Made by a program: the position numbers and the translations under genes | Notes under the pieces: model-generated | What the model was told of the DNA's origin: nothing | Database searches by the model: none | What the model saw: only the letters and a program-made list of their open reading frames with translations | Part shown: positions 17,898 through 26,265 of the stretch, one piece after another | Layout: every line of letters starts with the position of its first letter | Position numbering within the stretch: position 1 is the first letter of the stretch | Assembly (NCBI GenBank): GCA_965368815.1 | Contig: CBDUOH010000001.1 | Span: forward strand, 33,087 to 97,086 | DNA from: an uncultured Acidimicrobiia bacterium | GTDB taxonomy: Bacteria; Actinomycetota; Acidimicrobiia; Spongiisociales; UBA5794 | Length of the DNA: 64,000 bases | Direction of reading: 5' to 3'

Positions 17898-20057
17898 ATG
17901 CCAGAGGACTCGAACGACACATCCACCACGGAGCCTCAGCCCACCGATGTGTCGGTTCAGGATTATCCGTCGTGGTTCCGCCGATCCGTATCGCTGTTCG
18001 CATTGTCGGGATTTGCTGTCGCCCAGCCATTGTTCGGGCTGATAGGTGCAGAACCGGAATTCTGGGTTGCCAGGGACGCCGGCTATCTGGACTTGCTCGT
18101 GCTTGTGATCGGGGTTGTGGCAGTCATCCCCGGTACGCTGCTCGTCGCTGAGTACGTGGTTTCGCGCTTCCACGAACGGGTCAGCTGGTACCTTCATCTT
18201 GCCTTTGTCGCCGGGCTGTCAGCGCTCGTCGGAGTCGACATCCTCGATACCGTGACCGGGGGCGACGTCCGCGGGTTGTATCTCATGGTGGCGGCGGCCT
18301 TGGTCGGGATAGGGCTGGCGGCGGTCTACCTCCGATCGAAATCGCTCCGGGACTTCGTGTCGATCCTTGCGATTGGCCCGGTCGTCTTCACCCTGCTCTT
18401 GGTGTTCTCGGTGCCATCGCTCGGTGCCCCGGACGCTGCGACGGTGGACGCATCGATCGATTCCGAGACGTCCGTTGTCGTGGTTGTCCTCGATGAGTTC
18501 CAGCTGGCAAGCATCCAGAACGCCGACGGGACCATCGACGATTCCCGGTTCCCCAACATCGCCAGACTCGCAGAGCGATCGACGTGGTATCCGTACGCAA
18601 CAACCGTCCACGACAACACCCTCAAGGCTGTTCCAGCGATCTTGACCGGCTCATATCCGAACCCGGATTTCGTTGCAACTGCTGCCGACTACCCGGTGAA
18701 TCTGTTCACCATCCTTGGTGAATCCCACACGATGCGTGTGTCCGAGGATGTGACACAACTGTGCCCGGTGTCTTTGTGCGCGGACACGGATTCGGATGAA
18801 TCGCTGGGCACCCATCTCTTCACCCTGGTGTCCGACACCGCTGTCGTGTACCTCCACACCGTGACCCCGACCACACTTCGATATCGACTGCCCCCGATCG
18901 GGACTCGCTGGGAGGGATTCCTTGTCGACGACGGTGCGCCGTCGGGAACAACGGCGGTGCCGGCTGACCTGGGGGAGTACGAACGCAAGTTCTCGGCCCA
19001 GACCAACGGGGACAAGCGTGCGGTCGGCTACGGACGTTTCCTGGATTCGTTCGACCCCGCTCTCGGCCCGACGTTGTACTACGCGCATGTGGATCTCCCA
19101 CACGCCCCGTGGTCAACCCTTCCCGGTGGAGCGTGGTATCCGTACTCGGATCTGATACCCGGGCAATCCCCACAGGGGGTGTGGACGGGGGATCATTGGT
19201 ATGTCCAGCAGGCGTATCAGCGATTCCAACTCAACGTCGGTTATGTGGATGTGCTCGTGGGGGCAACCCTTGATCGGCTCGACGAATTGGGTATGTTCGA
19301 CGACTCGTTGATCGTCTTCGTTTCGGACCATGGCGAGAACTTCGCAATCAATGAGTCCCGCAGAGCCATCACCGATGTTTCGCTCGCTGCTGTCGGAGGC
19401 ATTCCCCTTTTCGTCAAGTATCCGGGTCAGACAGAACCCGTCCTGTCACAGGCGAATGCGCAGACGGTCGACATTGTTCCCACTGTCGTCGCCGCTCTGG
19501 GGGGGTCTGTGACTGGGTTCGACGGTGCGGTCCTGGATGGTTCCCTACCTTCTGACAAGCGAATCCTGACCAACGCCGGAAGCGAGTACGTGCTTGCCCA
19601 TCAGGATTATGTTGCCCTGGCGGATGAGCACCGAGCAGAAATGCTCGGGCTGTTGCCGGCCGGCAGCGGGTTTCAAGGCGTGTTTACGAGCGCTGGACCA
19701 CGACCCGATCTCAATGGTGTTCCCATAAGTTCGTTTGACATCGTTGAGAGACAGGGTGCTGTTGAACTTCCTGCTCAATCCTTCGTCACAAATTTCGATT
19801 CGTCAGCGAGCATGGATCCTGTGGGGGTGCCCGCAGTGATCTCGTTCGGAAACGCCGAGGATCGGACAGAACACTTTGCGATAGCTGTGAACGGAATCAT
19901 CCGTACGACGATTACCGCCTACCTCGCTGACGGTGGATCGGTCACGCTGTACGCCGTGGTACCGCAGGGGTCCTTTGCGCACGGCTCGAACGAGGTCGAG
20001 GTGTTCGGCATCGGCGGCTCGACAAACGAGCCCGTTCTGGTTCGCTACAGCCGTTAG
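17898..20057 (+). CDS. Membrane-anchored alkaline-phosphatase-superfamily transferase (LtaS / phosphoglycerol- or phosphoethanolamine-transferase-like)
   Basis: Start moved to ATG 17898. About five N-terminal TM helices precede an extracytoplasmic domain with VVVVLDEF, NTLKAVPAILTG (Thr-nucleophile-type rather than the CxPxR sulfatase type) and FVSDHGENF. Confidence 0.8.
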   Translation: MPEDSNDTSTTEPQPTDVSVQDYPSWFRRSVSLFALSGFAVAQPLFGLIGAEPEFWVARDAGYLDLLVLVIGVVAVIPGTLLVAEYVVSRFHERVSWYLHLAFVAGLSALVGVDILDTVTGGDVRGLYLMVAAALVGIGLAAVYLRSKSLRDFVSILAIGPVVFTLLLVFSVPSLGAPDAATVDASIDSETSVVVVVLDEFQLASIQNADGTIDDSRFPNIARLAERSTWYPYATTVHDNTLKAVPAILTGSYPNPDFVATAADYPVNLFTILGESHTMRVSEDVTQLCPVSLCADTDSDESLGTHLFTLVSDTAVVYLHTVTPTTLRYRLPPIGTRWEGFLVDDGAPSGTTAVPADLGEYERKFSAQTNGDKRAVGYGRFLDSFDPALGPTLYYAHVDLPHAPWSTLPGGAWYPYSDLIPGQSPQGVWTGDHWYVQQAYQRFQLNVGYVDVLVGATLDRLDELGMFDDSLIVFVSDHGENFAINESRRAITDVSLAAVGGIPLFVKYPGQTEPVLSQANAQTVDIVPTVVAALGGSVTGFDGAVLDGSLPSDKRILTNAGSEYVLAHQDYVALADEHRAEMLGLLPAGSGFQGVFTSAGPRPDLNGVPISSFDIVERQGAVELPAQSFVTNFDSSASMDPVGVPAVISFGNAEDRTEHFAIAVNGIIRTTITAYLADGGSVTLYAVVPQGSFAHGSNEVEVFGIGGSTNEPVLVRYSR

Positions 20058-23000
20058 CGATCGGACAACGAGCTGATTGCGTCGTCGTAGGCCTCGAGCA
20101 TCCGGTTCAGGGTCAGCTCCTCGGGCAGTTCGATACCGAGTTCTTTGTCACCAGCCACGAGCTTGAGCGTCGTGTCGACGAACTCATCGACACGTTTTGG
20201 GTGTGTCAGATGGAGTCCTCGGACGTGCTCGAGTTCCGGAAGTCCACCGACGGCGGTCGCAACGACGGGTGTACCGACGGCCAATGACTCCATCGCCGTG
20301 AGCGGAATGCCCTCGATCTTGGACGGGAGCACGGCCGCCGAACTTGTGGCAAGGAGTGGGTACGGATCCGAGATCCTCTTGAGCCAGATGATCGCGTCGT
20401 GTCGTTTGAAATCATCGCCAAGCTTCTTCCGCAGCGGTCCTGTGCCGACGATCACCACCTTGGCACCGAGTGGCTCGAGTGCGTCTGCGAGTGGTAGCAG
20501 CCACTTCGGCCGCTTCTCCTTGGAGAGGCGGCCGACGAAGGAAACGAGCTGCGTTGTCGAGTCGACTCCGAGCTCTCGGCGGATCTCATCGATCTCGGGT
20601 TGTGTCACAGAACGAGGTTCGATGCCGATGTACACGGTCTGATGCGGATCATCGTCCTCCAGGTCAAGTGCGTCACGCAGGTCGCGGTACGCAGTCACCG
20701 TGAGGTCGATCGACTTGCGGGCTTTGGCATTGCCCGCAACGTGACCGGAGTCGTTGAACTGCTGATCGATGATTCGCACGTCCGGGCAATCGGCTTTGAG
20801 TCGGGCGGCGTGGTGGTACAGCCACGCGGATCCAATGTTCATCACAGTCGCGTTCGGGAGTGCCCTGACTACGGACCGTACGAAGCCGTACCAATGCTGG
20901 GGAGGCAGGATGCTTGGTAGCTGATAGGCGTACGGTGTGATGTCGAGGAGATCATCGATGCGGTCCTTCATGCCTTCGTCGACGCCGACGGTGGCGATGA
21001 CGACGACGGTGCGTCCGGATTCCTGCCAGTGCCGAGTCAGGTTCTCGACGACGGTGTCGGCTCCGCCGACCGTGAACCATGGCACCGTAAGGATGATCGG
21101 GTCTGCGTCGCCTGTCGGGATTGCAGGAGGCGTGAAGTCGAGGAGCAGCGGTTCCGCTCCGTGGGTGCGCGTGTTGGCAACCCACTCGAGCTGTGGATGT
21201 CGGTCCCGGATGAGGTCTCCAAGCTCCGCCCTGAAGTCGCGAGCTGCCGCATCGCGGGACTCTGACGGGTCCGACGAGTGGCGATACTCGAACAACGCCT
21301 CGCGGATGACCCGCCCTCGGAAACCGAGCGCTGCGGCATGTGTCCAGAACTCCCAGTCCTCGAAGCCCCTGTCCATGTCAGAGGAGAACCCGCCGGTCCT
21401 CTCAAACACCTCTCGGCGGAACATCGCACACACGGGGACGTGGTTGCCGTCTGCGATGGTCTTGGGATCGAGGTTCTGTGTCTCCCACACTTCTTCGACC
21501 GACCCGATGCTTCGCTGCCATGGATAGACGATCGCCGTGTCTGGCTGGCTCCGCAGGAACAGTGCCGCCTTCTCGAGATACGTCGGATGTATGGTGTCGT
21601 CCGGGTCGAGACAGACCATGAATTCCCCGCGTGCGAGGCGCATCGCGGCGTTCCTGGCAGCCACGACGCCACGATTGGTGCTCCGCACCACCGTAAGCCG
21701 GGGGAGGTCCTCCAGTGCTTCGAGCTCGGCAATCGTCGCCGGATCGGTCGAGCCGTCGTCCCACACGATGACTTCTACGTCGCGAAGCGTCTGATTGAGG
21801 ACGCTGTCGATCGACTCACGGATTGTGCGACCCTTGTTGTACACCGGCATGATCACGGACACCAAGACCCCCGGAGCCGGCAGACCCGGTTCGATTGGTT
21901 CGGTGTCGAAGAAATCCCCAGCGCGATCATCGTCATCAGGACGACCTCGCGGGGTGAGACGCTTGAGATTCCACAGTGAACTTGCGATCTTCCATGCCCG
22001 CGAGGCATAGATGCCATCGAGGGTCGCCGCGTGTCTGTCGGCGCGCTTGCGTTCCTCGTCAGCTACATCGACGGCGTGGAGCCTCCTCGCCTCGGACCAT
22101 TCCAGAGCGCCGCTGAGATCCCGAGCAGCCATCTCTGCTCGCCGCGCACGTTCCTCGGCCTCGTGCGCCTCCTGCCGTGCCTGATCGACCAACGTCTCCA
22201 CCAGATGTTCGGGCCCGTCGTACGAAGAATCACCACCGATGGTGTCCTCAATGACGCTCTTGAGTGTCTCGGCCGCATCGAGTCGCTGATGCATGCGCTG
22301 GAAGCCGGCCGTGAGGCCCGGCTCGGCTATGCCGAGCATGGTCGTGAGGTCGTCGACGACCTCGATCAGGAGCTGGGCAGCGAGTGGGTCCTCGTTCTCC
22401 GAGTCACCGAGCACACGATGCTCCAGGAGGCGCATCGCTCGATAGATCTCGCCACGATTGCGAAATACCTGGGCGGTCACCGTCGCGAGGTCGGCATCGG
22501 AACCGCCGAGTTCTCGCGCTCGCTCAAGAGCATCGTCGGCGAGGCTGGGGACGAAGAACTTCGCCGCCATCAGGCTGGTGGCAATCGCTTCGTCGATGGT
22601 TCTGATCGCCTCGATGGTTGCTTCACCGTTGAGAATGTCGAAGATCTTCTGTTCGGGTGTGCTCTGTGCCGGTACAGAGCGGATAACCCCCAGCGCCGCC
22701 GACACGGTCTGTCCCCATTGCTCGACGTTGGGTGTGTAGAGCGTGAGGGAGCCATCGCCGAATACCTCCTCGCACGCTGATTTCAGGAGAGTCGGGTTGA
22801 GATACAGCGTGTGATCGAACGACTTGTTGAAATCCAATGCCTGTGCCCCGTATGACCGGATGATGTCGTCCGTGACATTGGGAACGAGGAACACGAACAC
22901 GCCGTCGTCGGCCATGATCGACTTGAGGCCCGCGAGCGTCGCCCTGAGATCCCCCACATGCTCAAGGACCTCGAGGGCGGTCACGACATCGAATTGCTGA

Positions 23001-23497
23001 CCATCCCAGTCAGAGGGATCGAACCAGCCCTGTCGTAACGCTATGCCTTTGGCTCCTGCCGCAGCCACGCCCTCGGTCGTCAACTCGCTGCCGACGACGT
23101 TGAACCCTTCCTTTCGGGCCATGGCGAGGAACGTCCCCGTGGCGGCACCGAAGTCGAACAACGATCCCTTCCCGGGCTTGATCGACGCCAGGAGTGCCGT
23201 CAACCATCGGAACGACGACGGTGTGTACTCGCGTTCGTAGTGTTCGTAGCCGCTGACCGCCGGGGCGGTTCCCGGGATGATGCTCCGCTCGTAGTACTCG
23301 GCGTCGTAGAACACGGCGAGGTCAGTCGGCAGTTCCGCAAGGAACCCAAGGTGACATTCCCTGCACCGTTTCACCTCAAGTCCGTCGCCACGATGGACCA
23401 GATGGTCGACGTCGTCACTGCTGCACCACGGACATGCGGTGACAGGCTCAAACGTGGTGGTCTTCTTGAGATAGCCGAGATCAGCTTGGCGACTCAT
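20054..23497 (-). CDS. Giant multidomain protein: Zn-ribbon + class I SAM methyltransferase / long helical coiled-coil-like region / GT2 / GT4-like GT-B
   Basis: Start moved to ATG 23497, with AGGAG upstream. Motifs in order: CPWCSS..CRECH; DFGAATGTFLAMARKEGFNVVGSE (SAM motif I); the charged helical segment EAHEAEERARRAEMAARDL..EERKRADRH; VSVIMPVYNKGRTIRESIDSVLNQTLRDVEVIVWDDGSTD (GT2); LPSKIEGIPLTAMESLAVGTPVVATAVGGLPE (GT-B). Confidence 0.85.
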   Translation of the reverse strand: MSRQADLGYLKKTTTFEPVTACPWCSSDDVDHLVHRGDGLEVKRCRECHLGFLAELPTDLAVFYDAEYYERSIIPGTAPAVSGYEHYEREYTPSSFRWLTALLASIKPGKGSLFDFGAATGTFLAMARKEGFNVVGSELTTEGVAAAGAKGIALRQGWFDPSDWDGQQFDVVTALEVLEHVGDLRATLAGLKSIMADDGVFVFLVPNVTDDIIRSYGAQALDFNKSFDHTLYLNPTLLKSACEEVFGDGSLTLYTPNVEQWGQTVSAALGVIRSVPAQSTPEQKIFDILNGEATIEAIRTIDEAIATSLMAAKFFVPSLADDALERARELGGSDADLATVTAQVFRNRGEIYRAMRLLEHRVLGDSENEDPLAAQLLIEVVDDLTTMLGIAEPGLTAGFQRMHQRLDAAETLKSVIEDTIGGDSSYDGPEHLVETLVDQARQEAHEAEERARRAEMAARDLSGALEWSEARRLHAVDVADEERKRADRHAATLDGIYASRAWKIASSLWNLKRLTPRGRPDDDDRAGDFFDTEPIEPGLPAPGVLVSVIMPVYNKGRTIRESIDSVLNQTLRDVEVIVWDDGSTDPATIAELEALEDLPRLTVVRSTNRGVVAARNAAMRLARGEFMVCLDPDDTIHPTYLEKAALFLRSQPDTAIVYPWQRSIGSVEEVWETQNLDPKTIADGNHVPVCAMFRREVFERTGGFSSDMDRGFEDWEFWTHAAALGFRGRVIREALFEYRHSSDPSESRDAAARDFRAELGDLIRDRHPQLEWVANTRTHGAEPLLLDFTPPAIPTGDADPIILTVPWFTVGGADTVVENLTRHWQESGRTVVVIATVGVDEGMKDRIDDLLDITPYAYQLPSILPPQHWYGFVRSVVRALPNATVMNIGSAWLYHHAARLKADCPDVRIIDQQFNDSGHVAGNAKARKSIDLTVTAYRDLRDALDLEDDDPHQTVYIGIEPRSVTQPEIDEIRRELGVDSTTQLVSFVGRLSKEKRPKWLLPLADALEPLGAKVVIVGTGPLRKKLGDDFKRHDAIIWLKRISDPYPLLATSSAAVLPSKIEGIPLTAMESLAVGTPVVATAVGGLPELEHVRGLHLTHPKRVDEFVDTTLKLVAGDKELGIELPEELTLNRMLEAYDDAISSLSDR

Positions 23498-23553
23498 CGG
23501 GCTCCTGACAGCTCGTGGACTCAAGGCGGAAGGCTACCCGCCGTTTCCTGTGA

Positions 23554-24423
23554 TTACCGTTCCAACGCCGTGGATACGAGTTCGGGGATCGATCGGGTCC
23601 AGATCAACCCGGTCTCCTCCGCAAGACGTTCGGGATCACCGACGACTCTGTCAGCGGCGGGAAGTGCAGCAAGCTCGGGATCCTTGACCATGGTGAGCGG
23701 GAGGCCCAGCTCGGCTGCCATAGCGGCGATGATCTCGCCCAGCGTCATGCCCGTTCCCGAACAGATGTTGTACGAACCAGAAGCAGTCTGCGCAGTGGCC
23801 AAGGCAATCAGCGCATCGGCGACGAATCGCACGGGGATGAAGTCGCGGACAATGTCAGTGCGGCCGACTCTGAGGGTTGCAGCACCTCGCCTGCGCGCAG
23901 CAAGCAACGTCGACGCGGCGTTGCCAAGGGCAGTGCTCGTTGGCATTGCTGGGCTCACGACGTTGAATGGTCGAGCAATCGTCACGCGCACGCCACGTCG
24001 GGCGCCAATCGTTGAAGCGGTACCGGTTTGCTGCGCCTTGGACTTTCCGTACCGTGAAAGGGGAGCGAGTGGCGCGTCAGACGCCACGATATCCGTCGCT
24101 GGTGCACCGAATTCTGCTGCGGATCCGACAACGATGAGATGTACGGCCGGATCGACTGATTCGACAAGGTTGCGCGTCGTCACCACGTTGGCCAGTGCAA
24201 GTGCCGCCTCGCTACCGGTGACTGCTCCTGCAAGATGAATCACGGCGTCGGGCCTCACGGAGCCGAGCATCGTCGTCACGCCATCGATGTCAGCGAGATC
24301 GGCCACGGTGTGTCGACCTCCCTCGGTGCCTGTACGAGAAGTCGTCCATATTTCGTGATTGTCGAGGTCCTTCGGCATCTGGCGTCCGACCGTGCCGGAA
24401 GCCCCGGTTACGAGAATCCTCAT
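23554..24423 (-). CDS. Extended-SDR NAD(P)-dependent sugar epimerase/reductase (probable NDP-4-keto-6-deoxyhexose reductase)
   Basis: MRILVTGASGTVG is a Rossmann start and YGKSK is a YxxxK motif. ATGA overlap with the upstream nucleotidyltransferase gene. Confidence 0.75.
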   Translation of the reverse strand: MRILVTGASGTVGRQMPKDLDNHEIWTTSRTGTEGGRHTVADLADIDGVTTMLGSVRPDAVIHLAGAVTGSEAALALANVVTTRNLVESVDPAVHLIVVGSAAEFGAPATDIVASDAPLAPLSRYGKSKAQQTGTASTIGARRGVRVTIARPFNVVSPAMPTSTALGNAASTLLAARRRGAATLRVGRTDIVRDFIPVRFVADALIALATAQTASGSYNICSGTGMTLGEIIAAMAAELGLPLTMVKDPELAALPAADRVVGDPERLAEETGLIWTRSIPELVSTALER

Positions 24424-25130
24424 CCGCCGAGGAACCGTGACGGATCCGACGAGAAGACGTTGGTACCGGTCTCAAGGTCTTCGAGACGTCCGAGGTCGAG
24501 CCAATAGGCGTCGGGCTGGCTGACAGCGACCCGCAGCCCTGCATCGCGGAATCGACGGATCAGATCAGGCATGTCGAGGCGCTCGCCCGGTTCGAGATGG
24601 GACCGAAGGGCGTCGACGGTCAGGATGTTGGTCCCCATCGAGACGAGGTACCGCATCGTTGGTTTCTCCGAGTACCCGGACAGGAGACCTTCAGTGTCGA
24701 CTTCGAGGACACCGAAGTCGACATGCACGACGCGTTCGTTCGACATGATCGTCGCAGCATCACTGGTGTTGTGGTCCCGATAGGCGGCAGCGAAGTCAAG
24801 GTCGGTCAGTGTGTCGCCGTTGACGACGAGCACCCGGTCGTCAGGGAATTCCGATATCAGGCCGAGGCTCCCCACCGTCCCCAAAGGTGTGTCCTCATAG
24901 ACATAGTCGATCGATACGTCCCACTTCGATCCATCGCCGCAGAAGCTCTCGATGAGCGTGGCAAGATGCCCCACGGAAATCGTGATTCGTTCGAAGCCTT
25001 GGGTACCGAGCTGTTTGATCAAGAGCTCGATGATCGGGATGTCACCGATGGGAACGAGCGGTTTCGGGATCGCAAAGGTGAACGGGGCGAGGCGGCTGCC
25101 CTTGCCGCCGGCGAGTATCACGGCGTGCAT
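24420..25130 (-). CDS. Sugar-1-phosphate nucleotidyltransferase
   Basis: MHAVILAGGKGSRLAPFTFAIPKPLVPI is the canonical G-x-G-t-R-L NTP-transferase signature. GGAGGA RBS upstream. Confidence 0.85.
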   Translation of the reverse strand: MHAVILAGGKGSRLAPFTFAIPKPLVPIGDIPIIELLIKQLGTQGFERITISVGHLATLIESFCGDGSKWDVSIDYVYEDTPLGTVGSLGLISEFPDDRVLVVNGDTLTDLDFAAAYRDHNTSDAATIMSNERVVHVDFGVLEVDTEGLLSGYSEKPTMRYLVSMGTNILTVDALRSHLEPGERLDMPDLIRRFRDAGLRVAVSQPDAYWLDLGRLEDLETGTNVFSSDPSRFLGG

Positions 25131-25139
25131 GTCGTCCTC

Positions 25140-26147
25140 CTAGACGTTGTAGGTACCGGGCTTGTACTGGGCCCGATTGGCCCCATCCGAGAACCACGAC
25201 ACCGTTTCTGATATGCCGCGGTTGAACCCGTCGAGTCCTCCGTACTCGGGTTCCCAGCCGAGGATCTCCCGAGCCTTCTCGTTCGAAGCCCACAGGCGAT
25301 CGACCTCACTGTCAGCCGGTCGGACGCGTGCGTCTTCCGTCTCAACCTCGAGTTCCCGTCCGATCGCCGTTCCCACGGCTTCAACCACCTGACCGACCGA
25401 GATCTCGAAATTCGATCCGAAGTTGATGACTTCGCCGAGCCCGACGGTGCTTTCCGCCTCGATCGCGAAGCCACGGGCGATGTCCTTGACGAAGTTGAAG
25501 TCTCTTGTCGGGGTGAGTGTGCCGAGGCGAATGGGGTTTCGGGTTGTGAGCGCCTGGATGATGATGGTCGGGATCACGGCGCGAGCGGATTGTCGCGGCC
25601 CATAGGTGTTGAAGGGTCTCGCGACCGTCACCGGCGTGCCGAACGACCTGTGATACGACAGCGCGAGCTGGTCAGCCCCGATCTTCGATGCGGCGTAGGG
25701 GGATTGCGCTCGGAGCGGGTGTTCCTCGGTGATCGGCACGAACTGGGCAGTTCCGTACACCTCGCTCGTGGAGGTCTGGACGATTCGTCGTACCTCGAGT
25801 TCCCTCGCCGCCTCGAGCACGTTCAAGGTCCCCGTCACGTTGGTGTCGACGTACGACTGGGGGGCGATGTACGAGTACGGAATCCCGATGAGGGCGGCAA
25901 GATGGAGAACCGTGTCGGTTCCGCGCATGACGTTTCTGACGAGGAACGGGTCTCTGACGTCGCCAAGCACGATGTTCATGGCACTTGTGACGTCCGGAGG
26001 AAGGTTGTCGAGCCAACCCCACGTCCCGAACGAGGTGTAGTAGGCCAGCGCCGTGACCTCATGGCCCCGTGCCACGAGCTCCTCGCACACGTGGGAACCG
26101 ATGAAACCGTCTGCTCCGGTAACCAGGATGTTTCTCGATGCGGTCAA
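25140..26147 (-). CDS. NDP-hexose 4,6-dehydratase-like extended SDR
   Basis: ILVTGADGFIGSHVCEELV, STSEVYG and YAASKIGADQL (S/YxxxK). YYTSFGTWGWLD resembles the LegB-type/archaeal-type 4,6-dehydratase subgroup (from memory). It appears to start at TTG 26147, with GAAGGGA upstream. Confidence 0.8.
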   Translation of the reverse strand: MTASRNILVTGADGFIGSHVCEELVARGHEVTALAYYTSFGTWGWLDNLPPDVTSAMNIVLGDVRDPFLVRNVMRGTDTVLHLAALIGIPYSYIAPQSYVDTNVTGTLNVLEAARELEVRRIVQTSTSEVYGTAQFVPITEEHPLRAQSPYAASKIGADQLALSYHRSFGTPVTVARPFNTYGPRQSARAVIPTIIIQALTTRNPIRLGTLTPTRDFNFVKDIARGFAIEAESTVGLGEVINFGSNFEISVGQVVEAVGTAIGRELEVETEDARVRPADSEVDRLWASNEKAREILGWEPEYGGLDGFNRGISETVSWFSDGANRAQYKPGTYNV

Positions 26148-26265
26148 CTGTTGTCCCTTCGGTCTCGGTGTAGCTTATCGAGCGGGTGTGATCGGTCGGA
26201 TCGGGTTTCGTGGTCGCCGATCCACATTCATCGGTCGGGCCGGGGTACTTCAAGTCCCGCCGTCG

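Noticed and set aside
16682-18151. 489-aa plus-strand ORF opposite the cytidylyltransferase-PEP mutase gene.
   Set aside because: It is a shadow ORF. The minus-strand product carries the HxGH and EDKxxxxxNS signatures, and this frame has none.
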